A stretch of DNA of 53,466 nt from Candidatus Methylomirabilia bacterium (GCA_041497895.1 JBGQHJ010000016.1:1-53466), one strand, 5' to 3'; shown: positions 1-10,396, counted from the first letter of the stretch. The notes: a model not told the origin generated them from the sequence alone. Program-made: numbers and translations.

Positions 1-585
1 TGGTCGCTGGACGGCCTCGTGGAGGACGCGCTCGCGGTGGCGCGGGCCGCCGGCGAGGGACGCTTCCACTTCGTGGGCGAGTCGCTGGGGGGCACCGTCG
101 GGCTCGCGCTCGCGAGCCGGCACCCGGACGCGCTCGTGAGCCTGACCGCCTCCAACGCCTCGCATCGCGGCGGCTCCATCCAGCGGGCGCGGGAGTGGCG
201 CGAGTTCATCTGCGCGCGCGGGATGGCGGCCTGGGCGGAGATGATGACGCCGCTGCGCCTCGACCGGGCGGGGGTGACGGACGGGCAGTGGCGCTGGTTC
301 GAGCGCGCCCAGGCCGAGGCCTCGCCCGACTCGGTGCTCGACCTCGCCGACCTGCTGATCGGCGCCGACCTGTCGCCGCGGCTGGTCGGGATCCGCGTGC
401 CCACGCTCCTGCTCGCCCCCGCGCAGAGCCCCTTCGTGCCCCTCGCGGTGATGGAGGAGATCCACGCGGGGATCCGGGGCTCGGAGCTGCAGGTCTTCGC
501 CGACGCTCGGCACGGGCTGCCCTGCTCGCACGGCGCGGCCTGCGGCCGCGCGCTCCGCGCATTCCTCGACCGCCGCGCCGTCTAG
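1..585 (+). CDS. alpha/beta fold hydrolase, 5'-truncated by the window edge
   Basis: Frame open from base 1; GESLGG nucleophile elbow; C-terminal ARHG catalytic His region. Confidence 0.85.
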   Translation, partial: WSLDGLVEDALAVARAAGEGRFHFVGESLGGTVGLALASRHPDALVSLTASNASHRGGSIQRAREWREFICARGMAAWAEMMTPLRLDRAGVTDGQWRWFERAQAEASPDSVLDLADLLIGADLSPRLVGIRVPTLLLAPAQSPFVPLAVMEEIHAGIRGSELQVFADARHGLPCSHGAACGRALRAFLDRRAV

Positions 586-588
586 CCC

Positions 589-1683
589 ATGCTCCCGCCC
601 GCCTGCGCCGAGGTGACGGGGGGGCTGCTGTCGGCCCTGCTCGGCGCCCTCGACCGGGTGGAGTGGGTGCAGCGCCATCTGTTCCCGCCCCGCGCGTCGA
701 CGCTGGCGCAACGACTGACCCCTCACCGGGAGCCGGTGGGGGGCGCGCTCCACGCGCTCGACTCCGCGGAGTGGCCGGACGATCTCCGTTTCCTGCGCGA
801 GCGCCTCCATCTGGTCGCGCAGCAGGCCCTCGACCTGATCGACGCCTTCGCGCGCGCCGCGGAGACCGGCGGGCCCATCGAGCTCTACCGCACCCTCCGC
901 CGCATGGCGCCGCTGCAGGAGGCGCTCTATCCGCTCTGCCCGGTGCTGGAGCCGGTGAGCCGCTGGTTCCTCGAGCCGGCGTGGCGCGACGACGTGGCGC
1001 TGACCGCGCGGCTGCGGGAGCGGGCGCTGGCCCAGGACGAGCCGCGGGTGGGGGTCCTCCACGCGCGGAACGACCGGGCCGGCCGGGGCGGTCTCTCGCT
1101 CTACGTGCCGGAGACGCACGAGGGCGGGACACCGGCCCCCCTGATCGTCGCGCTGCACGGCGGCAGCGGGCACGGTCGCGACTTCCTCTGGGCGTGGCTG
1201 CGAGAGGCCCGCTCGCGCGGGATGCTGCTGCTCTCGCCGACCGCGCAGGATCGCACGTGGTCCATCATGGGCGGCGAGGACGCGGACGCGCCGCGCCTGC
1301 GGGCCGCGGTGGAGGAGGTGGCCGCGACCTACGCGGTCGACCGCTCGCGCGTGCTGCTCACCGGCATGTCGGACGGGGCCACCTACGCGCTGCTCGCGGG
1401 GCTCGCCGAGGAGAGCCCGTTCACCCACCTGGCCCCGGCCTGCGGCGTGCTCCACCCGTTCCTGCTGGCCGAGGGCGGCATCCAGCGCGCGCGGGGCCGG
1501 CCCATCTACCTGGTGCACGGGGCGCTCGACTGGATGTTCCCGGTGCAGACCGCGCGGATGGCGCGGCAGGCGCTGGAGGCGGCGGGCGCGCGCCTCGTCT
1601 ACCGCGAGATCGAGGATCTCTCCCACACCTACCCGCGGGACGAGAACCCGCGGATCCTCGACTGGCTGGAACGGGCCGGCTAG
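589..1683 (+). CDS. phospholipase/carboxylesterase-family hydrolase with helical N-terminal extension
   Basis: ALHGGSG, GMSDG elbow, HGALD and LSHTY catalytic triad motifs. Confidence 0.8.
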   Translation: MLPPACAEVTGGLLSALLGALDRVEWVQRHLFPPRASTLAQRLTPHREPVGGALHALDSAEWPDDLRFLRERLHLVAQQALDLIDAFARAAETGGPIELYRTLRRMAPLQEALYPLCPVLEPVSRWFLEPAWRDDVALTARLRERALAQDEPRVGVLHARNDRAGRGGLSLYVPETHEGGTPAPLIVALHGGSGHGRDFLWAWLREARSRGMLLLSPTAQDRTWSIMGGEDADAPRLRAAVEEVAATYAVDRSRVLLTGMSDGATYALLAGLAEESPFTHLAPACGVLHPFLLAEGGIQRARGRPIYLVHGALDWMFPVQTARMARQALEAAGARLVYREIEDLSHTYPRDENPRILDWLERAG

Positions 1684-2453
1684 GCCTCGCCCTCCGGGTT
1701 GAGCCAGGGGCAGACGACCCGCTCCACGAGCGAGACCGCCGCGAAGAGCACGATCGCCATCAGCGAGAGCAGGATCATCGCGCTGAACGCGACCTCGGTC
1801 TTCCAGTACGAGGTGGCCGACAGGATCACGTAGCCCAGCCCCTTGTCCGAGCCCACGAACTCGCCCACCACCGCGCCGATCACCGAGAGCGTGATCGCCA
1901 CCTTGGCGCCGGCGAAGATGAAGGGCAGGGCCATCGGCAGGCGGACCTTCATGAAGGTCTTGAACGCGCTCGCCCGGTAGGAGCGGCTCAGGTCGAGCAG
2001 CTCGGGCGGGGTGGCCGCGAGGCCGGTGGCGGTGTCGACCACCACCGGGAAGAAGGCCACCAGGAAGGCCACCACCATCTTCGGGACCTCGCCGTAGCCC
2101 AGGATCAGCAGCAGGACCGGCGCGATGGCGATCTTGGGCACCGACTGGGCCAGGACGATCAACGGGTAGAGCGCGCCGCGAAGAACCGGCGAGTAGACGA
2201 TGAGCACCGCCAGCGGTACCCCCACCACCATCGAGAGGGCGAATCCCCCGAGCGTCTCGTAGAGCGTGACCCACGTATGGCCGATGAAGCGGTAGCGCCA
2301 CTCCCAGCCCTCACCGAGGATGGCCGACGGCGCCGGCATGATGAAGCGCGGGATCCGGAACGCGCGGGTGGCCGCCTCCCAGGCGGCCAGGGCCACGAGC
2401 AGGGTCGCGGCGGGGACGAGGGCCTCGCCCAGGAGCCGGCGCGCGGCGCTCAC
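1680..2453 (-). CDS. NitT/TauT-family ABC transporter permease
   Basis: Hydrophobic helices; PKIAIAP and GAVVGEF...GLG motifs; GTGA overlap with the ATPase stop. Confidence 0.9.
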   Translation of the reverse strand: MSAARRLLGEALVPAATLLVALAAWEAATRAFRIPRFIMPAPSAILGEGWEWRYRFIGHTWVTLYETLGGFALSMVVGVPLAVLIVYSPVLRGALYPLIVLAQSVPKIAIAPVLLLILGYGEVPKMVVAFLVAFFPVVVDTATGLAATPPELLDLSRSYRASAFKTFMKVRLPMALPFIFAGAKVAITLSVIGAVVGEFVGSDKGLGYVILSATSYWKTEVAFSAMILLSLMAIVLFAAVSLVERVVCPWLNPEGEA

Positions 2454-3217
2454 GGCCGCTCCTTCCGGCGCGAGAAGATGAGGCCGCGCACCTCGTCGCT
2501 GTGGGCCTTGAAGCGCGGGTCGAACTCGAGGTCTACCGTGCGCGGCCGCGGGAGATCCACCGTGATCACCCGCGCGATGCGGCCGGGGCGCGGCGACATC
2601 ACCACCACCCGGTCGGCGAGGAGGATGGCCTCCGGGATGGAGTGGGTGACGAAGAGGATGGTCTTGCGCCGCTCGTCCCAGATCCGCAGCAGCTCGAGGC
2701 TCATCTCCTCGCGGGTGAGGGCGTCGAGGGCCCCGAAGGGCTCGTCCATGAGGAGCAGGCCCGGGTCGGGCAGGAGCGCCCGGCAGATGGCCACGCGCTG
2801 CTGCATGCCGCCGGAGAGCTCGCGCGGGTACTTGGTCTCGAAGCCGGCGAGGCCGGTCAGCTCGAGGAGATCGCCCGCCGGCTTGCGGTATTGCCGGGGG
2901 TCGAGGCCGAGCATCTCCACCGAGAAGAGCACGTTGTCGAGCACGCTGCGCCAGGGCAGGAGCACCGGCTGCTGGAAGACGAAGCCCACGTCCGGGAAGG
3001 GCTCGCGCACCTCCTGATCCCGCACGTGGATGCGGCCGCCGGTGGGCGGCACGAGGCCGGCCACCAGCTTGAGCAGCGTGCTCTTGCCGCAGCCGCTCGG
3101 GCCGACCAGGGTGACGAACTCGTTCTCGCCCACCGTGAGCGTGGTGGGCGCGAGGGCGTGGACCAGGTCGCCCGTGCGGGTGCGGTAGGTCTTCTCGACG
3201 CCCTGGAGCCGGATCAC
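2450..3217 (-). CDS. NitT/TauT-family ABC transporter ATP-binding protein
   Basis: GPSGCGKS, LSGGMQQR, LLLMDEPF; GTG start at 3217 overlaps the upstream TGA; rest of the track ORF is shadow. Confidence 0.9.
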   Translation of the reverse strand: MIRLQGVEKTYRTRTGDLVHALAPTTLTVGENEFVTLVGPSGCGKSTLLKLVAGLVPPTGGRIHVRDQEVREPFPDVGFVFQQPVLLPWRSVLDNVLFSVEMLGLDPRQYRKPAGDLLELTGLAGFETKYPRELSGGMQQRVAICRALLPDPGLLLMDEPFGALDALTREEMSLELLRIWDERRKTILFVTHSIPEAILLADRVVVMSPRPGRIARVITVDLPRPRTVDLEFDPRFKAHSDEVRGLIFSRRKERP

Positions 3218-4716
3218 GCGGAGGGCAAGGCCGCCGCGAAGCGGTTGATGGGCAGGGGCGCGGTCACCGCGCTCCGGCACGCCGCGGCCACGTAGGGCGC
3301 CAGGCGCTCGGCCAGGGCCCAGGCCTGTGCGCTCTGGGCGCGCTGGCGGTCGGCCGCCTCCTGGGCCCGCGCGTAGATGCGGTCCTCGTCCACGGTGGTC
3401 ACGCGCCCGCGCTCCACCACGACCCGGCCGTCCACGATCACGGTGTCGATCGCGGCGCCGGTCTCGGCGTAGACCAGGGCCTTGACCGGGTCGGCCAGGG
3501 GACGCAGGAAGATGGAGTCGGCGCGGAGCAGGACCAGGTCCGCCTTCCGGCGCGGCGCCACCGCGCCCAGGTCGTCCGCCTGACCGAGCACGCGCGCGGT
3601 GCCGCGGGTGGCGAGATCCCACACCGTGTCGGCGTCGAGCCAGCGGGCGGTCTCGTGCGGGAAGCGGATGGTGCTGATCACGGAGGCGATGCGGAGGGCC
3701 TCGAAGAGGTTCTGGTTGTCGGCGCAGACCGAGCCGTCGGTGCCGAGTCCCACCGCGAGCCCGCGGTCGAGCATCTCGCGCACCGGCGCGATCCCGCAGC
3801 CCAGGCGCAGGTTGCTGCCGGGATTGTGGGCGATCGCGGCCCCCGCGTCGGCGAGCATGCGCAGGTCGTCGTCGGTGAGCCAGATCGAGTGCGCGCCCAC
3901 GAAGCCGGGCCCGAGGATGCCGTGGTCGGCCAGGCGGGCCACGATGCTCTTGCCCCAGCGGCGGTGGCTCTCGACCGTCTGGACCTTGGACTCGGCCAGG
4001 TGCGTGTGGATGCCGACCCCGTACTCGCGGGCGAGCGCCGCGCAGCCGTCCAGGAACTCGTCGGTGGCCTGGTTCGGGATCGTCGGCGCGACCCCGATGC
4101 GCACCCGCCCGTCGGCCGTGCCGTGCCAGCGGCGGATCGCCCGCTCGGTCAGGCCGAGGAGGCCCTTGGTCGGGGCGGGCTGCATCTCCTCCACCGTTCG
4201 GCGCAGATCGGTCGGGAGCTGGTCGGCCAGGCCGGGCACGGTCTGGTAGAAGACGACGTCGGCGACCGCCGGGGCGAGGACCACGCGGATCCCGACGTCG
4301 GTGTAGGCGCGGACCACCGCCTCGAAGGCCTCGTCGGTGATCGCGGGGACGGCCATATAAAGGTCGTAGGCCGACGTGCACCCCGTCTTGAGCATCTCCA
4401 TGGCCCCGACCGCCGCCGAGATGTACTCGTCCTCTGGTGTGCGAAATCCATAGTTTGCCGCCGAGTGGGTGAGCAGGTCCTCGAGCGTCCAGCTCCCGGC
4501 GCGGCCCCGCGCCAGGTGGCTGGCCGCGTGGGTGTGGGCATTGCCCATCCCGGGGAGCACCACGTGGCCGGAGGCGTCGATGGCCGGGACGCCGGCCGGC
4601 GCGGTGAGGCCGGGACCCACTGCGACGATGCGATCTCCCTCGACCAGGACGTCCGCCCGCGTGAGCGCCGCCGGCGTCCCGGCCAGGACCTGTCCCCCCC
4701 GGATCAGCAGTGCCAT
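3214..4716 (-). CDS. metal-dependent amidohydrolase (cytosine/SAH/triazine deaminase-like)
   Basis: NAHTH, HTHLAE, AHSIW, HNPGSN and GLGTDG metal-binding motifs. Confidence 0.9.
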   Translation of the reverse strand: MALLIRGGQVLAGTPAALTRADVLVEGDRIVAVGPGLTAPAGVPAIDASGHVVLPGMGNAHTHAASHLARGRAGSWTLEDLLTHSAANYGFRTPEDEYISAAVGAMEMLKTGCTSAYDLYMAVPAITDEAFEAVVRAYTDVGIRVVLAPAVADVVFYQTVPGLADQLPTDLRRTVEEMQPAPTKGLLGLTERAIRRWHGTADGRVRIGVAPTIPNQATDEFLDGCAALAREYGVGIHTHLAESKVQTVESHRRWGKSIVARLADHGILGPGFVGAHSIWLTDDDLRMLADAGAAIAHNPGSNLRLGCGIAPVREMLDRGLAVGLGTDGSVCADNQNLFEALRIASVISTIRFPHETARWLDADTVWDLATRGTARVLGQADDLGAVAPRRKADLVLLRADSIFLRPLADPVKALVYAETGAAIDTVIVDGRVVVERGRVTTVDEDRIYARAQEAADRQRAQSAQAWALAERLAPYVAAACRSAVTAPLPINRFAAALPSA

Positions 4717-4735
4717 CGGCGTCTCCGTGCCCGCC

Positions 4736-5788
4736 CTACTTCTTCGCGGGCAGCAGGTCGTTGGTGTAGATCTCCTCGAGCCCCACCTTCCGCTTCAGCT
4801 CGAGGTACTGGGTGTAGAGGTCGCGCGTCTTCTCCAGCTGGACGGGATCGAACTGCCCGACCGCCATCTTGCCGCTCGTCACCTCGCTCGCGTACACGAA
4901 CCGCGCGCCGACCTGCGCGGCGCCCACCGCGCCCTCCGGATCCACCTCCGGGTGCGCCTTCACCACGTAGCCCACGCCCTCGTCGAAGTGCTTGTCGCGG
5001 AACGCGTAGTTCGCGCCCTTGAGCGTGGCGCGCAGGAACGCCTTGAGCCCCTCCGGATCCTTGGCGATGGTCTCCTCGCGCGCGACCAGGGAAGTGGAGG
5101 CCACGTCGAAGCCGAGGTCGGCCCACGCGGCGAGCACGCGGATGTCGGCGTTCTGCTGCCTGGCCACCTTGCGGATGCGCGCCTCGTGCACCACGAAGAA
5201 GGGCACCGCGTCGACGGCGCCGCGGATGAGCGCGGGCGGCATCGAGGCCGCGTCCATCGTGACCCACGTCACCGAGTTCGGCTTGAGCCCGGAGAGCTTC
5301 TCGAAGACCGGCCAGAGGATCTGGTGGCTATTGCCGGGCGAGATCGCGAGCTTCTTGCCCTCGAGCTCCTTGGCGCTCTTGATCGGCGAATCGCTGCGGA
5401 CGAAGATGCCGTGCGGGGGCCGCCGGTACCAGAGCGCGATGGCCTTGACCGCCACGTCCGTGTTGGCGCGCGCCGCGATGAGCGCCGAGATGTCCGCGAT
5501 GCCAACCTCGCCCTGGCCGGCCGCGATGCGCTTGATCGTGTCGCCCGAGCCCTGGCCCCGGAGGATCTTCACGTCGAGGCCTTCTTCTCGGTAGTACCCC
5601 TTCTCCAGTGCGGTGTAGTGCGGGACGTACTCGCCGGTGGGCACGAAGTCGAGGATCAGGGTGTAGGGGCGGAGCGGTTTCTGCTGGGCCAGGCCGCTCG
5701 CGGGCCAGAGCAGGGCCAGGCCCAGGAGCGCGGCCGCGGCCGGCAGGAGGTGTCGGGTCAGAAGAGGCAAGCGAGCGAAGCGGGTCAT
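4736..5788 (-). CDS. NMT1/THI5-like ABC substrate-binding protein
   Basis: GGAGG before ATG 5788; signal peptide; KGYYREEGLDVKILRGQGS motif. Confidence 0.88.
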   Translation of the reverse strand: MTRFARLPLLTRHLLPAAAALLGLALLWPASGLAQQKPLRPYTLILDFVPTGEYVPHYTALEKGYYREEGLDVKILRGQGSGDTIKRIAAGQGEVGIADISALIAARANTDVAVKAIALWYRRPPHGIFVRSDSPIKSAKELEGKKLAISPGNSHQILWPVFEKLSGLKPNSVTWVTMDAASMPPALIRGAVDAVPFFVVHEARIRKVARQQNADIRVLAAWADLGFDVASTSLVAREETIAKDPEGLKAFLRATLKGANYAFRDKHFDEGVGYVVKAHPEVDPEGAVGAAQVGARFVYASEVTSGKMAVGQFDPVQLEKTRDLYTQYLELKRKVGLEEIYTNDLLPAKK

Positions 5789-5868
5789 GGGCGTCCTCCG
5801 TCGGGGTGGCATGGGTCCGTTGCGATTCTCGCGCGGCGCGATGAGATCGGCATCCGCCCGCTCCGGCA

Positions 5869-6483
5869 TCAGGCCGCGCCGGTCTCGGCCGGCGACCGCG
5901 TGGCGAGGTCGTCGAGGTGGGCGATACAGTTGAGCAGCCGCACGCGCCAAGGGGCGGGGTGGTCGATGACGGTCAACGCGGTATTCTCCCACCGCTCGGG
6001 CACGGCCTCGCCCTCGGGCAGGATCAGGTGGCGCGCGGCGAGCGAGCGGCAGACCAGGCCGTGCGTGACCACCGCGAGGTGGCCCCTGGTCGTCCCGGCG
6101 CTCGCCCGCACGACCGCCCACGCGCGGTCCACCCGCGCGTGGAAGACCTCCCAGGTCTCGCCGTTGGGCGGCGCGTAGTCGGGCGCGAACATGTCGAAGC
6201 CGAGCTCCGCGTAGGGCGTGCCCCGGATGTCGCCGAAGTTGCGCTCCTGGAGCAGCGGGTCGTGCCGGATCGCCACCCCGGTGGCGCACGCGAGGCGCTC
6301 CGCGGTCTGGGCCGCGCGGGCGAAGTCACTCGCGAGGATCGCGGTGATGCCCTGGCCCTCGAGCCGCCGGGCCAGCCGCTCGGCCTGCTCCATCCCGCGC
6401 GGCGACAGCGGGTTGCCGGGGTGCTGGACGGTGCGGGACGCGTTGCCGAGCGTCTCGCCGTGGCGGATCAGGAAGATGGCCAT
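5869..6483 (-). CDS. histidine phosphatase family protein
   Basis: RHGET, SDFARA, ERNFG and VTHG motifs. Confidence 0.9.
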   Translation of the reverse strand: MAIFLIRHGETLGNASRTVQHPGNPLSPRGMEQAERLARRLEGQGITAILASDFARAAQTAERLACATGVAIRHDPLLQERNFGDIRGTPYAELGFDMFAPDYAPPNGETWEVFHARVDRAWAVVRASAGTTRGHLAVVTHGLVCRSLAARHLILPEGEAVPERWENTALTVIDHPAPWRVRLLNCIAHLDDLATRSPAETGAA

Positions 6484-6504
6484 GAACGGCCGCGACGGTC
6501 GCGC

Positions 6505-7701
6505 TCAGATCACCCGCTCGCGGCGCAGCTCCGCGACCTGCGCCGGCGCGTACCCGAGACCGGCCAGGATCTCGTCGGTGTGCTGGCCGAGCCGGGGCGC
6601 GGTCCGGCGCACCGCCACCGCGCCGGACGACATGCGGATCGGGGTGCGGATGTGGGGCACGCGACCGAGCTCGGCGTCGTCGGCGTGCACCACCATCTCG
6701 CGGTGGCGCACCTGAGGATCCGAGAAGAGCTGCTCGTAGTTGTACACCGGCCCGCACGGCACACCCGCGTCGTCGAGCACCTTGGTCCAGTGCGCGGTGG
6801 GCGCGGTGGCGAGCACCCCGGTGATCTCCTTCTCGAGCAGGAAGCGGTTCTTCCTCCGCTCCGGCCCCCGGGCGAAGCGCGGGTCCTGGAGCCACTCCGG
6901 GTGGCCCAGCGCGCGGGCGCAGCGCTCCCAGATGGATTGCGCGCTCGCGCCGATCATCATGTAGCCGTCCTTGGTCTCGAAGCGCTGGTAGGGCGCGTTC
7001 TGCCGGTGGCGCGAGCCCATGCGCTGGGGCTCCACGTGGTCGGCCAGCCAGCCCGCGCTGGTCCACGAGGAGAAGGCCACCGCGGTCTCGAGCAGCGAGC
7101 ACTCGATCTTCTGGCCCTGGCCGGTGCGCCCGCGCTCGTAGAGGGCGGCCAGGACGCCCTGGGCGCCCCACATGCCGGTGCCGAGATCGCAGATGGGCAG
7201 GCCCACCGAGGTGGGCGGCCCGTCGGGCTCGCCGGTGACGTGCATGATCCCGCCCATCCCCTGGGCGATCAGGTCGAAGCCGCCCTTCTCGCGATAGGGA
7301 CCGTCGGAGCCGAACCCGGACAGCTGCGCGTAGATCAGGCGCGGGTTCAGCTGATGGAGAGTCTCCCAGGCGAGGCCGGCCCGCTCCATGACGGTGGCGC
7401 GGTAGTTCTCGACCAGCACGTCCATCGAGGGCAGCAGCTTGAGGAAGATCTCGCGGCCCCGCGCGCCCTTGTAGTCGAGGGTGAGGCTCTTCTTGTTGCG
7501 GTTGATGTAGCGGAAGTACGGGTTGCGCTCGCTGCCGTCGCCCATCTGGCGGGAGGAGTCACCCGCGCCGGGCCGCTCGAGCTTGGTCACCTCCGCGCCC
7601 ATGTCGGCGAGGATCATGGTGCAGAAGGGGCCCGCCATGTGCTCGGTCATGTCGAGGACCTTCACCCCGTCGAGCGGGCCCCGCGCGTTCGTGTCAGCCA
7701 T
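6505..7701 (-). CDS. family III CoA-transferase (CaiB/BaiF)
   Basis: AGPFC...LADMGAEV, NRNKKS, GFDLIAQ and APRLGQHT motifs. Confidence 0.93.
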   Translation of the reverse strand: MADTNARGPLDGVKVLDMTEHMAGPFCTMILADMGAEVTKLERPGAGDSSRQMGDGSERNPYFRYINRNKKSLTLDYKGARGREIFLKLLPSMDVLVENYRATVMERAGLAWETLHQLNPRLIYAQLSGFGSDGPYREKGGFDLIAQGMGGIMHVTGEPDGPPTSVGLPICDLGTGMWGAQGVLAALYERGRTGQGQKIECSLLETAVAFSSWTSAGWLADHVEPQRMGSRHRQNAPYQRFETKDGYMMIGASAQSIWERCARALGHPEWLQDPRFARGPERRKNRFLLEKEITGVLATAPTAHWTKVLDDAGVPCGPVYNYEQLFSDPQVRHREMVVHADDAELGRVPHIRTPIRMSSGAVAVRRTAPRLGQHTDEILAGLGYAPAQVAELRRERVI

Positions 7702-8221
7702 GGTGTCTCGTGTCTCCGGCGATATCGCGCGCGTGGCCGAGGACGTGGGCCACCGCGATCTGGTGGAAGACCAGGGCGAGCGGGCCGACCACGCCCCCCG
7801 CCGAGCGGATGCGTCGGGCGAAGAGGGCCTCGTCGGCCGCCTCCACCGCCGCGATGGTCGCGGCGCGGTTCTTGTCGAACTCGGCCAGCAGCTCCGCCAC
7901 CGTCAGGTGCTCGCGCTTGGCCACCTGGCGGTCGTTGTAGGAGTCGTTGCCGCCCTTCATGGCGCGGGTGGGTGGTGGGCTCTCGTCCGACGGCGGGGTG
8001 CGCGCGATGTCGATGAGGCGCGGGTAGCTCCACTCGATCGAGGCGATGTGGGCCAGGATCTGCCGGCCGTTCCAGCCGCTCTCGTAGCGGCCTTCCTCGA
8101 GCCGCGCGAGCGGGAGCGAGGAGACGATCGTTACGACCTCGTCGCGGCTCGACCGCAGCGCCTGCAACAGCTCCGCCTTGGACGGAACGGGCGTCTCGGC
8201 CGTCGCGTGGTAGTCGGCCAT
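7694..8221 (-). CDS. DinB / maleylpyruvate-isomerase N-terminal superfamily protein
   Basis: WNGRQILAHI and C-terminal HVLGH His-triad pattern. Confidence 0.75.
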   Translation of the reverse strand: MADYHATAETPVPSKAELLQALRSSRDEVVTIVSSLPLARLEEGRYESGWNGRQILAHIASIEWSYPRLIDIARTPPSDESPPPTRAMKGGNDSYNDRQVAKREHLTVAELLAEFDKNRAATIAAVEAADEALFARRIRSAGGVVGPLALVFHQIAVAHVLGHARDIAGDTRHHG

Positions 8222-8227
8222 GGCGGG

Positions 8228-8256
8228 AGGATGGGGCCAGGGCCACGGGCTGTCAA
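8228..8256 (-). promoter_or_regulatory. sigma70-type promoter, leaderless (TTGACA-17-CATCCT, 6 nt before ATG 8221)
   Basis: Consensus -35, 17-nt spacer, no SD before the start codon. Confidence 0.65.
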
Positions 8257-9164
8257 GTCGCTCCCCGCTCGGCGCCGGAACGGTCGGTGGCGCCGAGCGC
8301 GACGCCGCCCAGGACGAGGACGATGGCGGCCACCAGCTGGATGGTGAGCGGCTCGCCGAGCCAGAGAGTGGCGGTGATCACGCTCACCACCGGGGTGGCG
8401 AGCAGCCCGAGTGAGGTCGTGACCGCGGGGAGATGCCGGCTCGCGGTGGCCGCGGCCCAGTACGCGACCGCGGTGCCCACGATGCCCAGATAGCCCAGCA
8501 GCAGTGTGAACGCGGGACGCCACTCGACGCGGGGCGGGGCGCCCTGCGCGAGCGCGATCGGCGCGAGGAGCAGGGTGGCGAGCAGGGTCTCCCACGGGAT
8601 CAGCGCGAACGGGGTGGAGCGCCACCGGTGCGCGCGGATGTGGAGGATGCTCGCGGCCCACAGCAGCGCGCCGGCCAGGATGGCCAGGTTGCCCCAGACG
8701 ACCGCGTGGTCGCGCCAGTCGAAGGTGAGCGGGTTGAAGAGCGTGACGAGCCCGGCGAGCCCGACGAGCACCCCGATCATCCGCCGGACGGTCAGCGGCT
8801 CGCGGAGAAAGAGCGCCGCGCCGGGCGTGATCCAGAGCGGCGTGGTGTAGGCGAGCACCACGGTGCGCCCGGTCGGCACGAGGCCCAGGCCCCAGCTCGC
8901 GAGGAGATTGAAGCCCACCATGTGGAGCAGCGTGATGCTGACCAGCACCGGCAGGTCGCCCCTCGGGGGCAGCGCGACGCGGCCGCGCCAGGCGGTGAGC
9001 GCGAAGAGGGCCAGGGTGGCGATGGCCGAGCGCAGGGTGACCGCCCAGAGCGGCGAGAGGGTCAGCAGCACGACCTTGTTCACCGGCCACGTGAGGCCCC
9101 AGGACAGGACCACGACCAGCAGGGCGACCGCGCCCTGGCGGCGAGCGCTCGACGGCACGATCAA
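8253..9164 (-). CDS. DMT/EamA family transporter
   Basis: About ten hydrophobic segments in two EamA repeats (WG..WP, FLREPL, WLGEPL); start TTG 9164 or GTG 9158. Confidence 0.9.
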   Translation of the reverse strand: MIVPSSARRQGAVALLVVVLSWGLTWPVNKVVLLTLSPLWAVTLRSAIATLALFALTAWRGRVALPPRGDLPVLVSITLLHMVGFNLLASWGLGLVPTGRTVVLAYTTPLWITPGAALFLREPLTVRRMIGVLVGLAGLVTLFNPLTFDWRDHAVVWGNLAILAGALLWAASILHIRAHRWRSTPFALIPWETLLATLLLAPIALAQGAPPRVEWRPAFTLLLGYLGIVGTAVAYWAAATASRHLPAVTTSLGLLATPVVSVITATLWLGEPLTIQLVAAIVLVLGGVALGATDRSGAERGAT

Positions 9165-9287
9165 CCGCGACGCGGCGGGTCCACGGGGGCGGAGGGCATC
9201 GAGCGATACTGCCGTGGCGGTCGAGCCCCGTCAAGGCGACGCCCGGCTTCACGGCAATGGTAAGATCCGCCCAGCGAGGAGACCAAC

Positions 9288-10388
9288 ATGGTGACGCTGC
9301 TGACGGACGCGGGAGAGTTCACGGTGCCCGGCGCGGAGGCCTCGGCGACGACGCTCCGGGTTCCCGCGCGGGACGCGGAGGCCGCGACGGGCTGGGTGGC
9401 CAAGCCCGAGGGGCTCTGCCGGGGGCCGGTGTGCGTGCCGCTGCCGGCCGGTCGCGAGCGCGAGTTCGCCGATGGCGGGCGCATCGACCTGGCCGCGCTC
9501 TGGCGCCACCTCGGTCAGCCCGCGGTGCACAGCGACCGGGGCCACGTGTGGGTGCTCGCGCAGAGCGCGCGCGACCGGGCGGCGGCGCTGGCCTCGCTCG
9601 AGGCGCCGGACTTCGCGCTGCCGGATCCGGCCGGGCGGATGCATCGGCTCTCCGACCACCGCGGCAAGAAGGTCCTGCTCGTCACCTGGGCCTCGTGGTG
9701 AGGGTGCCGCCGCGACCTGCCCGTGTGGCAGGCGCTCTACGAGGAGCTCGGTGCCCGCGGCTTCGTCGTGATCGCGGTGGCCATGGATAGCCGTGAGGGC
9801 GACTCGCTGCCGTGGATCGAGGCCGCCCGCCCCACCTATCCGACCCTGATCGACCGCGAGCATCGGTTCGCCGAGCTCTACGGCATCGTCAACGTGCCGC
9901 AGGCGGTGTGGATCGACGAGGCCGGCCGCGTCGTGCGGCCCGCCGAGCCGGCCGGCGCCTACGAGGGCTTTCGCAGGATGAACCGGGCCACGCGGGAGGT
10001 GCCGGAGGACGTGGCGCGCCTCACCGCGCAGGCCAAGGCGACCTATCTGGACGCGATTCGCGACTGGGTCCGGGCGGGGGACCGCAGCGAGCACGCCTTC
10101 ACCGCGGAGCAGGCGCGCGCGCACCTGCCGGCGGTCACCGCGGACGTGGTCACCGCGCAGGCCATGTTCCGTCTCGGCCAGTTCCTGCTCACGCACGGGG
10201 AGAGCGCCGAGGGCCAGCGCTGGATCCGGGAGGCGAGCCGGCTCCAGCCCGACTCCTGGTGCATCTGGCGCCAGGGCGCGGGCGTGAACGAGACGGGCCT
10301 AGCCGCGCTGCCCGATTTCTGGGAGCGCGTCGACGCGCTCGGGGCCGCCCGCTACTACGCGCCGGTGGACATGAAGGGCATGCCGTAG
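9288..10388 (+). CDS. selenocysteine-containing ResA/TlpA-like redoxin (WAxxUGC motif), 366 aa, Sec at TGA 9699-9701
   Basis: Track ORFs 9288..9701 and 9723..10388 are in one frame; the joined product reads APDFALPD...KKVLLVTWASW-U-GCRRDLP...NVPQAVWIDEAG, a continuous thioredoxin fold; GAGGAG RBS. Confidence 0.88.
9712..9735 (+). promoter_or_regulatory. candidate bacterial SECIS hairpin
   Basis: GCG(A)CCTGCC-CGTGT-GGCAGG-CGC; apical loop begins 20 nt after the TGA and has G in its second position. Confidence 0.7.
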
Positions 10389-10396
10389 CGCCGGCC

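Noticed and set aside
195..3017. 940-aa ORF and the many other long Arg/Pro/Gly-rich ORFs in the track (e.g. 14229..16373, 25320..27899, 30894..33944, 35016..38156)
   Set aside because: Shadow frames of high-GC genes: low complexity, no motifs, and they overlap well-supported CDSs
9699..9701. TGA read as a nonsense mutation (pseudogene) or as a two-gene split
   Set aside because: It falls exactly at the redox-active position, is followed by a SECIS-like hairpin, and the downstream GTG has no RBS; Sec is the simpler explanation
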